Positions 19,475-27,675 of a stretch of DNA of 61,063 nt are shown here, in pieces. The notes beneath the pieces are model-generated. The model had not been told where the DNA came from and made no database searches. It saw only the letters and a program-made list of their open reading frames with translations. The stretch is taken from the NCBI GenBank assembly GCA_937907645.1, contig CALCWV010000075.1, positions 1 to 61,063 on the forward strand, given 5' to 3'. Positions within the stretch are counted from its first letter, which is position 1; every line of letters begins with the position of its first letter. A program made the position numbers and the translations under genes. The DNA comes from an uncultured Clostridia bacterium. Its GTDB lineage: Bacteria; Bacillota; Clostridia; Christensenellales; UBA1242.

Positions 19475-22183
19475 TTAGCCACCGTGAATAGTCTTAATAT
19501 AATCTAGAGCTGTAATTTGAACCATTGTTCTGCTTGAAGGGCCAGTAATGAAGAATGCTTGCCCTCTTCCCGCCGTAACAATAGCATTTTGTTCTTCTTC
19601 GTTAATTCCACCAGATTTTTTGTAAAGCTCAACCAAGTCGTTGATATCATTTGGAGCGAGGGCGAAAATCAAGGAATATTGACAAGCGTTAATAACCGCT
19701 GTCGACTGTTTCTTAATTTCGTCTGATCCAACGAAGTCGGCAAGGTTCTGAGTAATAACTACCTGCATACCTGCATACTTTCTGATACGTTTTGCCATCT
19801 GTGCCATGAATTCCAAGGCAATAGGATATTTCGAGTTGATGAAAATGTGTGCCTCATCGACTACTACGATAATCTTTCTTGTATTCTTGCCATCTGGGTG
19901 ATATTTAGCGTTAAAGTCTTTGTTGTTAATAATTTCGTTGTTCAAATATCTGAACACCAATAACATTTGTGCGTTTGTGAGCAATCCGTTATTGTTTGCA
20001 ATCAATGATTGGAAGTTGAAGCAAACCAAGTTTTCGTTTGTAACGATAGATGTCGGCCCGTTCCAAAGTTTACTGTTTCTTCCGCCCGTTGCGAACTTTT
20101 TGATGTATGTTTCAACAGTCATAAGATTCTTCAAAAGGAAGTCATCCTTTGCTGTCTTAATTCTCTCAAGAATCAAATTGTACAAATCGTCGAAGATAGG
20201 ATAGTCTTCTGGCTTCTTATCTCCAAGATATGTGTTTTCATCAATTCCCTTGAGCTTGTATGTATCAACGATAAGTGAGTTCAATACTTCGAAAGCATCA
20301 CTGCTGATTCCCTCCAAGATTGATCTGAAGAATTGTTCCAAGAACTGCAAATGTTGTGAGAATGAGTCATCGACTTTTCTTTCAACAGCTTTTTTAACTT
20401 TTTCCACGATCTCGAACTCATCAAGCTCTTCATCACTCTTCTTTTCTTCCTCTGTTTCGTCCAAAGATGTGATAACGTGGAAAGGATTCAAAATGCCTTG
20501 TTGTGATGAACCTACATCGATGTACTTTCCTCCAAGATTTTGTGTCATTGTAAAATATTCTTTTTCAGGGTCGCAGATGAAAATCTTACTATTGTCTGCT
20601 GCGAGGTTTGTAAGTAACGTTTTAACAGCAAAACTCTTTCCTGATCCAGACTTTCCGATAACCATCATGTTTGAGTTAACACGAACAGCGTCTCTTTGGA
20701 AGAAATCGACGAACACTGGATATTCGTTATCCCCGATATATATTCCGTTTTCATCCTGCAATGCACTTGAGATGAATGGGAACACAGCGGCGAGCGTTGA
20801 AGTTGGAATACCTCTTCTTGTGTTTGCGATATTATCTCTTCTTGAGATGTTTGCACTGATGAAAGCATCAACTTGTCTAGCGAACATTTCACTGAACTTG
20901 AATCCGCTTTGCTTAAGCATAGCTTTAACATCTCTTCGAGCTGCGTCTTCGCAAGTTACATATGTATTTACATCAAACAATTGTTGATTGTTGTTTTTTA
21001 ACTGAACGAGCAAATCTCTAAGTGTGTCAATGTGTGTTTGCAATTCGATCTGACTACTGCTTCTTCCTGAACGATAGAGCTTTGACTCCATATCCATGAT
21101 AGCTTTATCGATGCTTCTTTCAGAGTTTGACTTTGGAAGCAAGCTGAACTTCATAACCACTCTTGTTCTGTCGAGAAGGAAGATCTCTGATCCCCAAGCA
21201 TTTCCAACATTCAAAGGATAGTCAGTTATAAGAAAAGTTCTAAAAGCTTTGTCCCCATCCAAAATGTACTTGGCTGATTTAAATTGCAATTTCTTTGGCT
21301 TTGCCCATTCAACATATTTATTGATTGGAAGAGATTCAACTTCTCTCTCATCAAATTCTTTTCCATAGTTTGCCTTAAGGAAAACAGCGAGGTCTTGTCC
21401 ATAAAGTTTCTTCGCAGTCATTGGAGCAAGTGAACTTGCAAGCGCTGAGATCATTCCGTTTGTTGTTCCCTCAAGAGTTGATTTGTCTTTATCATATACA
21501 ATGAGATAGAAGTGATCTTGATAAACTTTTTCACGTCTGTTAAGGTTTTCCATGAAGGAAACTCTTTCTTCGAAAACAGGTGCTCTTGAATCAACTTCGG
21601 CGTCTGTTACTTGTCCTTCATATTGCATTTCCAAAAGAAGTTCATACTTTTTGTTTTCGTTGTAAATGTAATTATCTAAAAGCATAGCTCTGTTGAGTTT
21701 AATAATTGAACATGTTTGGTCAGGTGTCAATCTTCTAAGAGCGTTCGCGAAACTTTCAATAACGTTATCCTGTGTATATTCATTTAACAATCCAAAAAGC
21801 ACAGGTTTAATTTCTAAAACTTGAGCATAGTATCCGCCAAAGTCTATGTATGAGTTTGCATCAATCTTTGTAAAAGGAATCATTTCGTTGATGTCTGACT
21901 TCTTTGATTTCCCGTCTGAAACAGAAAACTTTTTCTTCTGTGCCAAGAATCTAAACAAGTGAGATATTGTCACATAGAATCTTTCATCATCAGCGACCTT
22001 GATAAATAGTGAGAGCCCAACAATGAGCCACACTAAAGCGATCCAAATATGATTTGCAAAGTTAGATGCAAAAAGAACAACTGCGACAGCTACAACTATG
22101 ACAGCAAGTATAAGGTCGAAAGCAGTTACTCCTTTAACAAACTCTAATTTTACTTTTGTTTTTCTGGGGATAATTCTTTGCAT
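19475..22183 (-). CDS. VirB4/TrsE/PrgJ-family type IV secretion ATPase with an N-terminal VirB3/PrgI-like two-TM domain
   Basis: 902 aa. The N-terminus has two hydrophobic helices (FDLILAVIVVAVAVVLFASNF; IWIALVWLIVGLSLFIKV). The Walker A motif is MMVIGKSGSGKSFAVKTLL and the Walker B motif is KIIVVVDEAHIF. The C-terminal part (VITQNLADF...INACQYSLIFALAPNDINDL...GRGQAFF) is typical of VirB4-like ATPases. The central part (YAQVLEIKPVLFGLLNEYTQDNVIESFANALRRL) resembles the VirB4 N-domain. Confidence 0.75.
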   Translation of the reverse strand: MQRIIPRKTKVKLEFVKGVTAFDLILAVIVVAVAVVLFASNFANHIWIALVWLIVGLSLFIKVADDERFYVTISHLFRFLAQKKKFSVSDGKSKKSDINEMIPFTKIDANSYIDFGGYYAQVLEIKPVLFGLLNEYTQDNVIESFANALRRLTPDQTCSIIKLNRAMLLDNYIYNENKKYELLLEMQYEGQVTDAEVDSRAPVFEERVSFMENLNRREKVYQDHFYLIVYDKDKSTLEGTTNGMISALASSLAPMTAKKLYGQDLAVFLKANYGKEFDEREVESLPINKYVEWAKPKKLQFKSAKYILDGDKAFRTFLITDYPLNVGNAWGSEIFLLDRTRVVMKFSLLPKSNSERSIDKAIMDMESKLYRSGRSSSQIELQTHIDTLRDLLVQLKNNNQQLFDVNTYVTCEDAARRDVKAMLKQSGFKFSEMFARQVDAFISANISRRDNIANTRRGIPTSTLAAVFPFISSALQDENGIYIGDNEYPVFVDFFQRDAVRVNSNMMVIGKSGSGKSFAVKTLLTNLAADNSKIFICDPEKEYFTMTQNLGGKYIDVGSSQQGILNPFHVITSLDETEEEKKSDEELDEFEIVEKVKKAVERKVDDSFSQHLQFLEQFFRSILEGISSDAFEVLNSLIVDTYKLKGIDENTYLGDKKPEDYPIFDDLYNLILERIKTAKDDFLLKNLMTVETYIKKFATGGRNSKLWNGPTSIVTNENLVCFNFQSLIANNNGLLTNAQMLLVFRYLNNEIINNKDFNAKYHPDGKNTRKIIVVVDEAHIFINSKYPIALEFMAQMAKRIRKYAGMQVVITQNLADFVGSDEIKKQSTAVINACQYSLIFALAPNDINDLVELYKKSGGINEEEQNAIVTAGRGQAFFITGPSSRTMVQITALDYIKTIHGG

Positions 22184-22291
22184 TATTTTTTTCCTCTCTT
22201 TTCCAGTATTTAATCTATTAATATAATACTACGAAACCTCTTAAAAATACAAACGATTGAAAAGGGTTTTAACAAAATAAATAAAATTATT

Positions 22292-22999
22292 TTATTTACA
22301 GTTTACAAGTAAGTGGTTTAATTTATTATGCTTCTTTGCAACTGTAATTATCCTATCTGTTATTACCTCATTTTTTTTAACAATTAATTCGTTATTAAAT
22401 CCCAAAATATCGCATATTGCTATTTTTCCAAGTAATTTTTGTGAATAAATATTAGTTTTATATGGCAATTGCACGGAAATATTCTTTATTTCCTTATTTT
22501 CAGCGTATTTATTATTTTGAATTTCCACTTTTTGCATAATATTTTTATCAATTCTTTGGAATTTATTTATTTTTTTTCTTTTAATTCTTTTTTCACTGAA
22601 AATTAAATATTCTCCGTCCCATATAGAAATATTTTGCGGGCATATTTCGCATTTTTCAGTAATTAATTTCTGAATTTTTTTATTATTTAAATAAATTTCT
22701 TTTACTCTCCCTAAATTAATTCCATCCGCTGAAATAACCTGCTTCCCAATAGGTGAATTATTCTGCATATTTTCACCAAAAGTTAGCATATTGCTGTTTT
22801 TTATCATAACAAATTCTTGGACTGATAAAATACTTTTACAGTCTAGATATTTTATTTTCTCTTCGGTTTCATCACATACCAAAAATGCATATACGCTCAT
22901 AGTTTGAAAATCTATCAGTGGACAAAGGACGTATCCAACGCAAGCTCCCTCTTCTTGGGAGATAATCTTTTTTGAAATTATTTCTGTTAATCTTTCCAT
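22292..22999 (-). CDS. Hypothetical protein with PRC-barrel-like (YlmC/YmxH-type) segments
   Basis: 235-aa ORF. Segments IISQEEGACVGYVL and IGKQVISADGINLGRVKEIYLNNKKIQKLI resemble PRC-barrel motifs. This is weak by-eye evidence. Confidence 0.35.
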   Translation of the reverse strand: MERLTEIISKKIISQEEGACVGYVLCPLIDFQTMSVYAFLVCDETEEKIKYLDCKSILSVQEFVMIKNSNMLTFGENMQNNSPIGKQVISADGINLGRVKEIYLNNKKIQKLITEKCEICPQNISIWDGEYLIFSEKRIKRKKINKFQRIDKNIMQKVEIQNNKYAENKEIKNISVQLPYKTNIYSQKLLGKIAICDILGFNNELIVKKNEVITDRIITVAKKHNKLNHLLVNCK

Positions 23000-23116
23000 G
23001 CCATATATTATTTTCCTAAGTATTGTGATATGACATTGTGATATAAATCGACAAAATTTTAGTTGACATTTTAAGAGCTTTGATATAAGATTAGTAAGTA
23101 AATAGGAGAAAGAAAA

Positions 23117-23377
23117 ATGAAGAAAATAACAAAGGACATGACAATTGCCGAAGTTTTAGATATAGATCCATCCCTTGGCGAAATCCTTCTTGGATTTGAT
23201 ATGCACTGCATCTACTGTCCAATGGGAAGAATGGAAACGCTTGAAGAGGCTTGTGAGGCTCATGGGACTGACCTTGAATTCTTACTCAAAAAGCTCAATG
23301 AAGCTGAATGTTTTTCAGTAGAAGGAACTGTTAAGAAAAAGGCCAAAGTTAAAAAAGCAAACGTCGACAAGATATAA
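23117..23377 (+). CDS. DUF1858-type small redox/disulfide protein (hybrid-cluster-protein-associated family)
   Basis: 86 aa. MTIAEVLDIDPSLGEILLGFDMHCIYCPMGRMETLEEACEAHG matches the DUF1858 pattern with a CxxC motif. An RBS AGGAG lies upstream. Confidence 0.65.
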   Translation: MKKITKDMTIAEVLDIDPSLGEILLGFDMHCIYCPMGRMETLEEACEAHGTDLEFLLKKLNEAECFSVEGTVKKKAKVKKANVDKI

Positions 23378-23390
23378 TTAGTATACATTA

Positions 23391-23432
23391 AAAAAGGATA
23401 AGATTTGATTTACTTCAATCTTATCTTTTTTT
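23391..23432. terminator. Bidirectional terminator between the convergent DUF1858 gene and hflX
   Basis: GATAAGATT (23397-23405) / AATCTTATC (23417-23425) with an 11-nt loop, an A5 run 5' and a T7 run 3'. Confidence 0.7.
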
Positions 23433-23443
23433 ATAAAATATTT

Positions 23444-24556
23444 TTATTCATTATACAACTTTTCTCTAATCAAATTTTTAAGCTCATCTAAGCCAATATT
23501 TTTCTTAGCAGAAACAAGCATTCCTCTTTCTCTTAAATTCCCTTCGTCCTTAAGCATATCACATTTATTGAAAATTAATATTCTTTCGCATTTGCTTCCA
23601 ATGTCATCAAGGACTTTGTTTGTTACTTCAATATTTTTTTCAAAGTAACTTGATCCGTCCTTCCCTACTTGTGTTGGGTCAACAACGTGCAAAATAAGGT
23701 CAGCATCTTTTGCTTCTTCCAAAGTTGAAGCGAACGCATCGACCAGCTCATGAGGAAGATCTGTAATAAATCCAACTGTATCAGTTATAACAACATTTTT
23801 CCCCTGTCCAAGATAGAGCTTTCTGCTCGTTGTGTCAAGGGTTGCAAAATACTTGTCTTCCGCATAAATGTTATCTTTCGTCAGTGCGTTAATAAGAGTG
23901 CTTTTGCCCGCGTTTGTGTATCCAACAATTGCAATTCTCTTTGCTCCTGACTTTTCTCTTTCTCTTCTGTTAATTCCTCTCTTATTTCTAACTTGCGCGA
24001 TTTCTTTTCTAAGAAGATCCATTTCTTTTTCAAGTTTTCGTCTATCTAATTCAAGTTTTGTTTCTCCAGGTCCTCTCATTCCCACGCCAGATCCGCCATA
24101 TCTTCCGCTTGATCCCTTGACCTCGGCAAGTCTTGGCATAAGATATCTATCTTGCGCATATTTAACTTGTAATCTCGCTTCAGAGGTTTGCGCTCTTAGT
24201 GCAAAAATATCAATAATAAGTCCTACTCTGTCAATTACTCTTACACCTAAAACATCCGAGATATTCCTTGTTTGAGAAGCTGTCAGCGGATAGTCCACAA
24301 CGACGAGAGTAATCTCTTCTTCGCATTCCTCGATATATGCCCTTATTTCCTCAAGCTTGCCCTTTCCAAGCACAGTTGCCTTGTTAAAATCCCTAATATT
24401 TTGCGCGAAAGAATTGACCACTTCTAAATCAGTGGACTCAGCCAGTTTAGTTATTTCGTCAAGCTTTCTTTCCCTGTCATCGTTTTTATTAATGCACACT
24501 GCAACAACGATGCACTTATTTTTTTCTTTTTGCGTTGTTTCGTATATTTTCTTCAT
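23444..24556 (-). CDS. hflX: GTPase HflX
   Basis: Has the HflX N-terminal domain plus a GTPase domain, with G1 motif VGYTNAGKSTL and DTVGF. I set the start to ATG 24556 (MKKIYETTQ...). The ORF-track GTG at 24574 lies inside the predicted promoter. Confidence 0.9.
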   Translation of the reverse strand: MKKIYETTQKEKNKCIVVAVCINKNDDRERKLDEITKLAESTDLEVVNSFAQNIRDFNKATVLGKGKLEEIRAYIEECEEEITLVVVDYPLTASQTRNISDVLGVRVIDRVGLIIDIFALRAQTSEARLQVKYAQDRYLMPRLAEVKGSSGRYGGSGVGMRGPGETKLELDRRKLEKEMDLLRKEIAQVRNKRGINRREREKSGAKRIAIVGYTNAGKSTLINALTKDNIYAEDKYFATLDTTSRKLYLGQGKNVVITDTVGFITDLPHELVDAFASTLEEAKDADLILHVVDPTQVGKDGSSYFEKNIEVTNKVLDDIGSKCERILIFNKCDMLKDEGNLRERGMLVSAKKNIGLDELKNLIREKLYNE

Positions 24557-24562
24557 GATTTT

Positions 24563-24590
24563 ATTATAGCACACTTTTTCATTTTTTCAA
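24563..24590 (-). promoter_or_regulatory. Extended -10 sigma-A promoter abutting the hflX start codon
   Basis: On the minus strand: TTGAAA (24590-24585), a 16-nt spacer, then TGC-TATAAT (24571-24563). Counting 7 nt from the -10 puts +1 on the A of ATG 24556, and there is no SD sequence. Confidence 0.5.
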
Positions 24591-24754
24591 ACACATAAAT
24601 AGATTTTAGGCAATGTGCTATTTTAATAAACTTTTTGTGGATGAATTTTTATTAATATATCTCCACAACACAAAAAGCATAATACTTAGTTTACTCTCTT
24701 TCAATGTAATATGACAGCAGAAATCAAGAGATTTTTCTTGGATTTTGGCATTTT

Positions 24755-25066
24755 AAGGCTCTCAATAGAGGTTCCTCATTGAGGTTCTTGAAAGGGCAAA
24801 AGGCTGAAAAATAATTGATTTGTGCGGTGACAAACTAGGCAAGCCCCATAAGGGCGCGCCAGTTTTTAAGCTCGAGGCTCACCCGAGGTGGGCGCATAGT
24901 GACCTATGTAACCGTTAAAAATTATCTCGAAGTAATCAATCTTAGACAAAAAAGCGAGCAGAACAAGGCTCGCCGGTCATTGCTGGCAGGAGTTTACAAC
25001 CCCGTAAATGACTGTCAGAAATGGACGGCAGTAAACGCAGTTCTGCGACGCTTTTTTTGTCTAAGA
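24755..25066 (+). ncRNA. Candidate structured non-coding RNA, unclassified (GC-rich ORF-free island)
   Basis: No ORF of 60 aa or more, and markedly higher G+C than the surroundings. A 126-nt rod hairpin spans 24940-25065. Its closing helix is CTTAGACAAAAAAGCG / CGCTTTTTTTGTCTAAG, and its inner helices include CTGGCAG/CTGTCAG and GTTTAC/GTAAAT with hexaloop AACCCC. Upstream helices are ATTGATT (24813-19)/AATCAAT (24933-39), GCGCC (24855-59)/GGCGC (24890-94), CTCG/CGAG and CTCAAT (24760-65)/ATTGAG (24777-82). Four G-U pairs and a tandem G-A in the rod exist only on the plus strand. The 3' side ends in T7 (25052-25058). I found no convincing plus-strand promoter. Confidence 0.5.
24947..24973 (-). 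terminator. Possible minus-strand terminator of the lipoprotein gene, embedded in the rod hairpin
   Basis: On the minus strand: GCGAGC (24973-24968), a 9-nt loop, GCTCGC (24958-24953), then T6 (24952-24947). This is an alternative to the long-range pairing of the plus-strand rod. Confidence 0.45.
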
Positions 25067-25717
25067 TTTAGTTAGGATGTTGCCATCCTCAATATTTATA
25101 ACACAATAATGCGATGTTCCATTCTCTGCATAAATGTAAAAGTACCAGAATAACCTGTTAAATTTATCGTTTGGATTGTCGATGATTCTTAGATAACATT
25201 CTGCGCTGAGTTTTCTCTTACTAACTAAATTTTCTAGTTCGTCTGAAAAAGCCTCTGTTCCAATTTCAAGCGCATCACTGCTTTTTATATTGAAGTTTTG
25301 TGACCTACATTCAAGATCAACAACGCTGCCTTTATATTTGATTGAAATTTTGTCGTCTTCACTAACTTTATATCCAAGGTCAACAACGTAGGATGAGCTG
25401 AGCAAATCTTGCTCTAAGATTATGGTAGCTTTTTTATCATTGACGGATATTTCCGCTTGAATACATTTTTGATTGTCTGAAACAAGCATAGTCACTACTG
25501 AAAAGTCTTTGAGCTCACCAGTTTTTCCGTTATACTCATAAGGCTCTTCTCGTTGGCCGGAACTTATATTTGCACTAAAGTCACCTGCGCCAGAAAAGTA
25601 AACTTCCACCATTTCAGATATACTTTGCTTCGCAAGGTCTTGTATATTTATTGAGCAGCCTGTTAGCACTACGCAAAATAAAAAAGATATAAGTAAAAGC
25701 ATTTTTTTGTTAAACAT
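25061..25717 (-). CDS. Hypothetical lipoprotein
   Basis: 218 aa. Signal peptide MFNKKMLLLISFLFCVVLTGC carries the lipobox LTGC. I recognised no domain. Confidence 0.7.
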   Translation of the reverse strand: MFNKKMLLLISFLFCVVLTGCSINIQDLAKQSISEMVEVYFSGAGDFSANISSGQREEPYEYNGKTGELKDFSVVTMLVSDNQKCIQAEISVNDKKATIILEQDLLSSSYVVDLGYKVSEDDKISIKYKGSVVDLECRSQNFNIKSSDALEIGTEAFSDELENLVSKRKLSAECYLRIIDNPNDKFNRLFWYFYIYAENGTSHYCVINIEDGNILTKS

Positions 25718-25794
25718 TTTACACCTCTCTTATATCTTACATCTATTGAGTTTGCGAAAAATATATACTATTGTATTTTTAGAAAGAATTTTGT

Positions 25795-26814
25795 TTATTG
25801 CTTTTGAAGTTTGATTTCAACCTGACCTTCGGAGTTATCTCTAAAATATGTTAATTTTATCGTATCTCCAACGTCGTGTTTATATAATTCAATTCTAAAA
25901 TCGAGCATATTCTGTATTTTTTGATCATCAACGGCAATTATGACATCCCCTTTTCTAAGCCCAGCTTCCTTTGCTCTATCTTTAACTGAGACGACATAAA
26001 CACCTTGAGTATTAAGCTGCTGTCCATAAACTTCGGCAAGTGATGAATCAAATCCAAAGATTCCAAGATAAGGCGAGCTGTAATTGTTGTTAGCTTTTAT
26101 TTTGTCAACTATGATCTTGCCAAGCTCAATTGGAATGGCGAAACCTATTCCCTCTCCCTCTGTCGCTTTAAGTGTGTTGATTCCAACAACTCGTCCTTGA
26201 GAATCGATCAGAGGTCCGCCACTATTCCCTGGATTTATGCTCGCGTCGTGCTGAATTAAACTTTGTAAAAAGCTTGTTCCATAAGAGCTTTCACTTTCCA
26301 AAACTCTATCCATTGCGCTGACAATCCCTTTAGTCACTGTATGTTTAAACTGAAGAGTTAGCGGGGTCCCAATAGCATACACCTCATCTCCGACAAGAAT
26401 ATCATCTAAATTTCTCGTTGATAAATATGGGATCTCCCTTGAAGACTTTAATATTGCCATATCCATACTTGGATTTCCCCATAGGACTTGAGCAGATCCT
26501 GTTGTCTTGTCAGCATAATATAAAGTTATCTTGTTGCACCCTTCGACAACGTGGAAATTTGTTAGGATATATCCCCCTTCGCTTATGGCAATACCCGTCC
26601 CTATTGCGTAACCGTCATTTAAGTCAGCCGCAATTCCAACAACGGCGCTACGCGCTTCACTCAGCATTTGACTCACATCATTACTTGCAGAATTTATTTC
26701 CCTAACCTGCATGTTAACATTTGGCTCAGAGTAGCCGCTATACGATAACGTGTTAGAACAGCCGGTCAGCAGCATCCCAGACAACATAAAAAAAGCTAAA
26801 AGATTTTTCTTCAT
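25795..26814 (-). CDS. htrA: HtrA/DegP-family serine protease (lipoprotein-anchored, trypsin-like domain plus PDZ)
   Basis: 339 aa with lipobox LLTGC. It has the catalytic-serine motif GNSGGPL, His context LTNFHVV and a C-terminal PDZ-like segment (GLRKGDVIIAVDDQKI). Confidence 0.85.
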   Translation of the reverse strand: MKKNLLAFFMLSGMLLTGCSNTLSYSGYSEPNVNMQVREINSASNDVSQMLSEARSAVVGIAADLNDGYAIGTGIAISEGGYILTNFHVVEGCNKITLYYADKTTGSAQVLWGNPSMDMAILKSSREIPYLSTRNLDDILVGDEVYAIGTPLTLQFKHTVTKGIVSAMDRVLESESSYGTSFLQSLIQHDASINPGNSGGPLIDSQGRVVGINTLKATEGEGIGFAIPIELGKIIVDKIKANNNYSSPYLGIFGFDSSLAEVYGQQLNTQGVYVVSVKDRAKEAGLRKGDVIIAVDDQKIQNMLDFRIELYKHDVGDTIKLTYFRDNSEGQVEIKLQKQ

Positions 26815-26844
26815 ATTCCTCCTTATGAAGTCAAAAAGTTTTAG

Positions 26845-27669
26845 CTATTTTAATTTAAACAAAACTCCTGGTCTTTGCGAAGCGACGTCAATCATGACAT
26901 GTTGTCCTTCAATGATACCATATCTCGAAATAAACTGGGCGATTGAGTTATATGCGAGGTCTGGCGTGTTGTTATCCTTGCTTAAGTGAGAAAGAATAAT
27001 CTGTCTTGTCCCACCAATGACAAGCCTTACAATAAAGTCAGCAGCATCTTCATTAGATAAATGCCCGTTTGGCCCAGCGATTCTACGCTTAAGACTCAAT
27101 GGATATTTCTCATTTTGACTGAGCATCTTTTTGTCGTAATTGGCCTCTATGTAAACAATTTGACTTCCTAGAACACTCGAAAGTATTCTATCTGTAGTAT
27201 GTCCCAAATCCGTCAAAATACTTATTTTATTTGAATTTTCTATAAACGAAAATCCATAGCAAGGTACATCGTGTGGTACTGCAAAAGGTCTGATGATAAG
27301 ATCCTTTACTTCAAACTGCTCTTCATCAAAAAGACGTCTATTCTCAATTTTTACTCTCGTGAGCTTCGCATTGAGCCCTTGCCAAACATCTCTGTGTGCA
27401 TAGATTGGCTTATTAAACTTCCCACAAAAAACGTCCACACCTTTCATGTGATCTCCATGCTCGTGTGAGATGAGAATTGCATCTATTTGCTCTGGCGAAA
27501 TATTTAGTAGTGCCAATCTCTTAACAACTTCTGTACATGACAAACCCATGTCAAGGATGACCTTGGCATTTTCACTCTCGATATATGTAACATTCCCGTC
27601 TGACCCTGACGCTAGATTTATTACTTTCATATCCAAGAGAATTTTATCATTTTTTATCGAAAAAGTCAA
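26845..27669 (-). CDS. MBL-fold metallo-hydrolase, YycJ/WalJ-like
   Basis: Contains the HxHxDH motif (ILISHEHGDHMKG), and MKVINLASGSDGNVTYIE resembles YycJ N-termini. The true start may be the internal ATG at 27630. The gene order MBL then HtrA mirrors B. subtilis walJ-htrC. Confidence 0.75.
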   Translation of the reverse strand: MTFSIKNDKILLDMKVINLASGSDGNVTYIESENAKVILDMGLSCTEVVKRLALLNISPEQIDAILISHEHGDHMKGVDVFCGKFNKPIYAHRDVWQGLNAKLTRVKIENRRLFDEEQFEVKDLIIRPFAVPHDVPCYGFSFIENSNKISILTDLGHTTDRILSSVLGSQIVYIEANYDKKMLSQNEKYPLSLKRRIAGPNGHLSNEDAADFIVRLVIGGTRQIILSHLSKDNNTPDLAYNSIAQFISRYGIIEGQHVMIDVASQRPGVLFKLK

Positions 27670-27675
27670 TTTAAG

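Noticed and set aside
20232-20987. 251-aa plus-strand ORF antisense to the VirB4-like gene
   Set aside because: Same reasoning as above. The sense strand carries intact Walker motifs and family-typical sequence, while the antisense translation is low-complexity.
19475-22183. Calling the VirB4-like gene region an integrative conjugative or mobile element
   Set aside because: No integrase, relaxase, coupling protein, transposase, tRNA target or flanking direct repeats are visible in the window. Composition does not differ obviously from neighbouring core genes.
24554-24583. 9-codon upstream micro-ORF (ATG AAA AAG TGT GCT ATA ATA AAA TCA TGA, MKKCAIIKS) whose stop overlaps the hflX ATG, as a possible antibiotic-sensing leader peptide
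   Set aside because: It has no Shine-Dalgarno sequence. It coincides with the -35/-10 promoter elements, so it would not be transcribed from that promoter. It also has no associated attenuator hairpin between it and hflX.
24755-25066. Identification of the structured island as SRP (4.5S/scRNA), tmRNA, RNase P RNA, 6S RNA or a known riboswitch
   Set aside because: It lacks the invariant SRP domain IV features (GNRA-capped helix with GGAAGCAG-type loops) and the GAGGAAAGUCC and ACAnAAnnGGCUUA RNase P blocks. It has no tRNA-like T-arm or CCA end for tmRNA, and its termini do not pair end to end as in 6S RNA. Partial resemblances, such as GGGCAAAAGGC to the glycine-riboswitch junction or ACUGGCG to ZTP, are isolated and lack the partner motifs. 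It is left unclassified.
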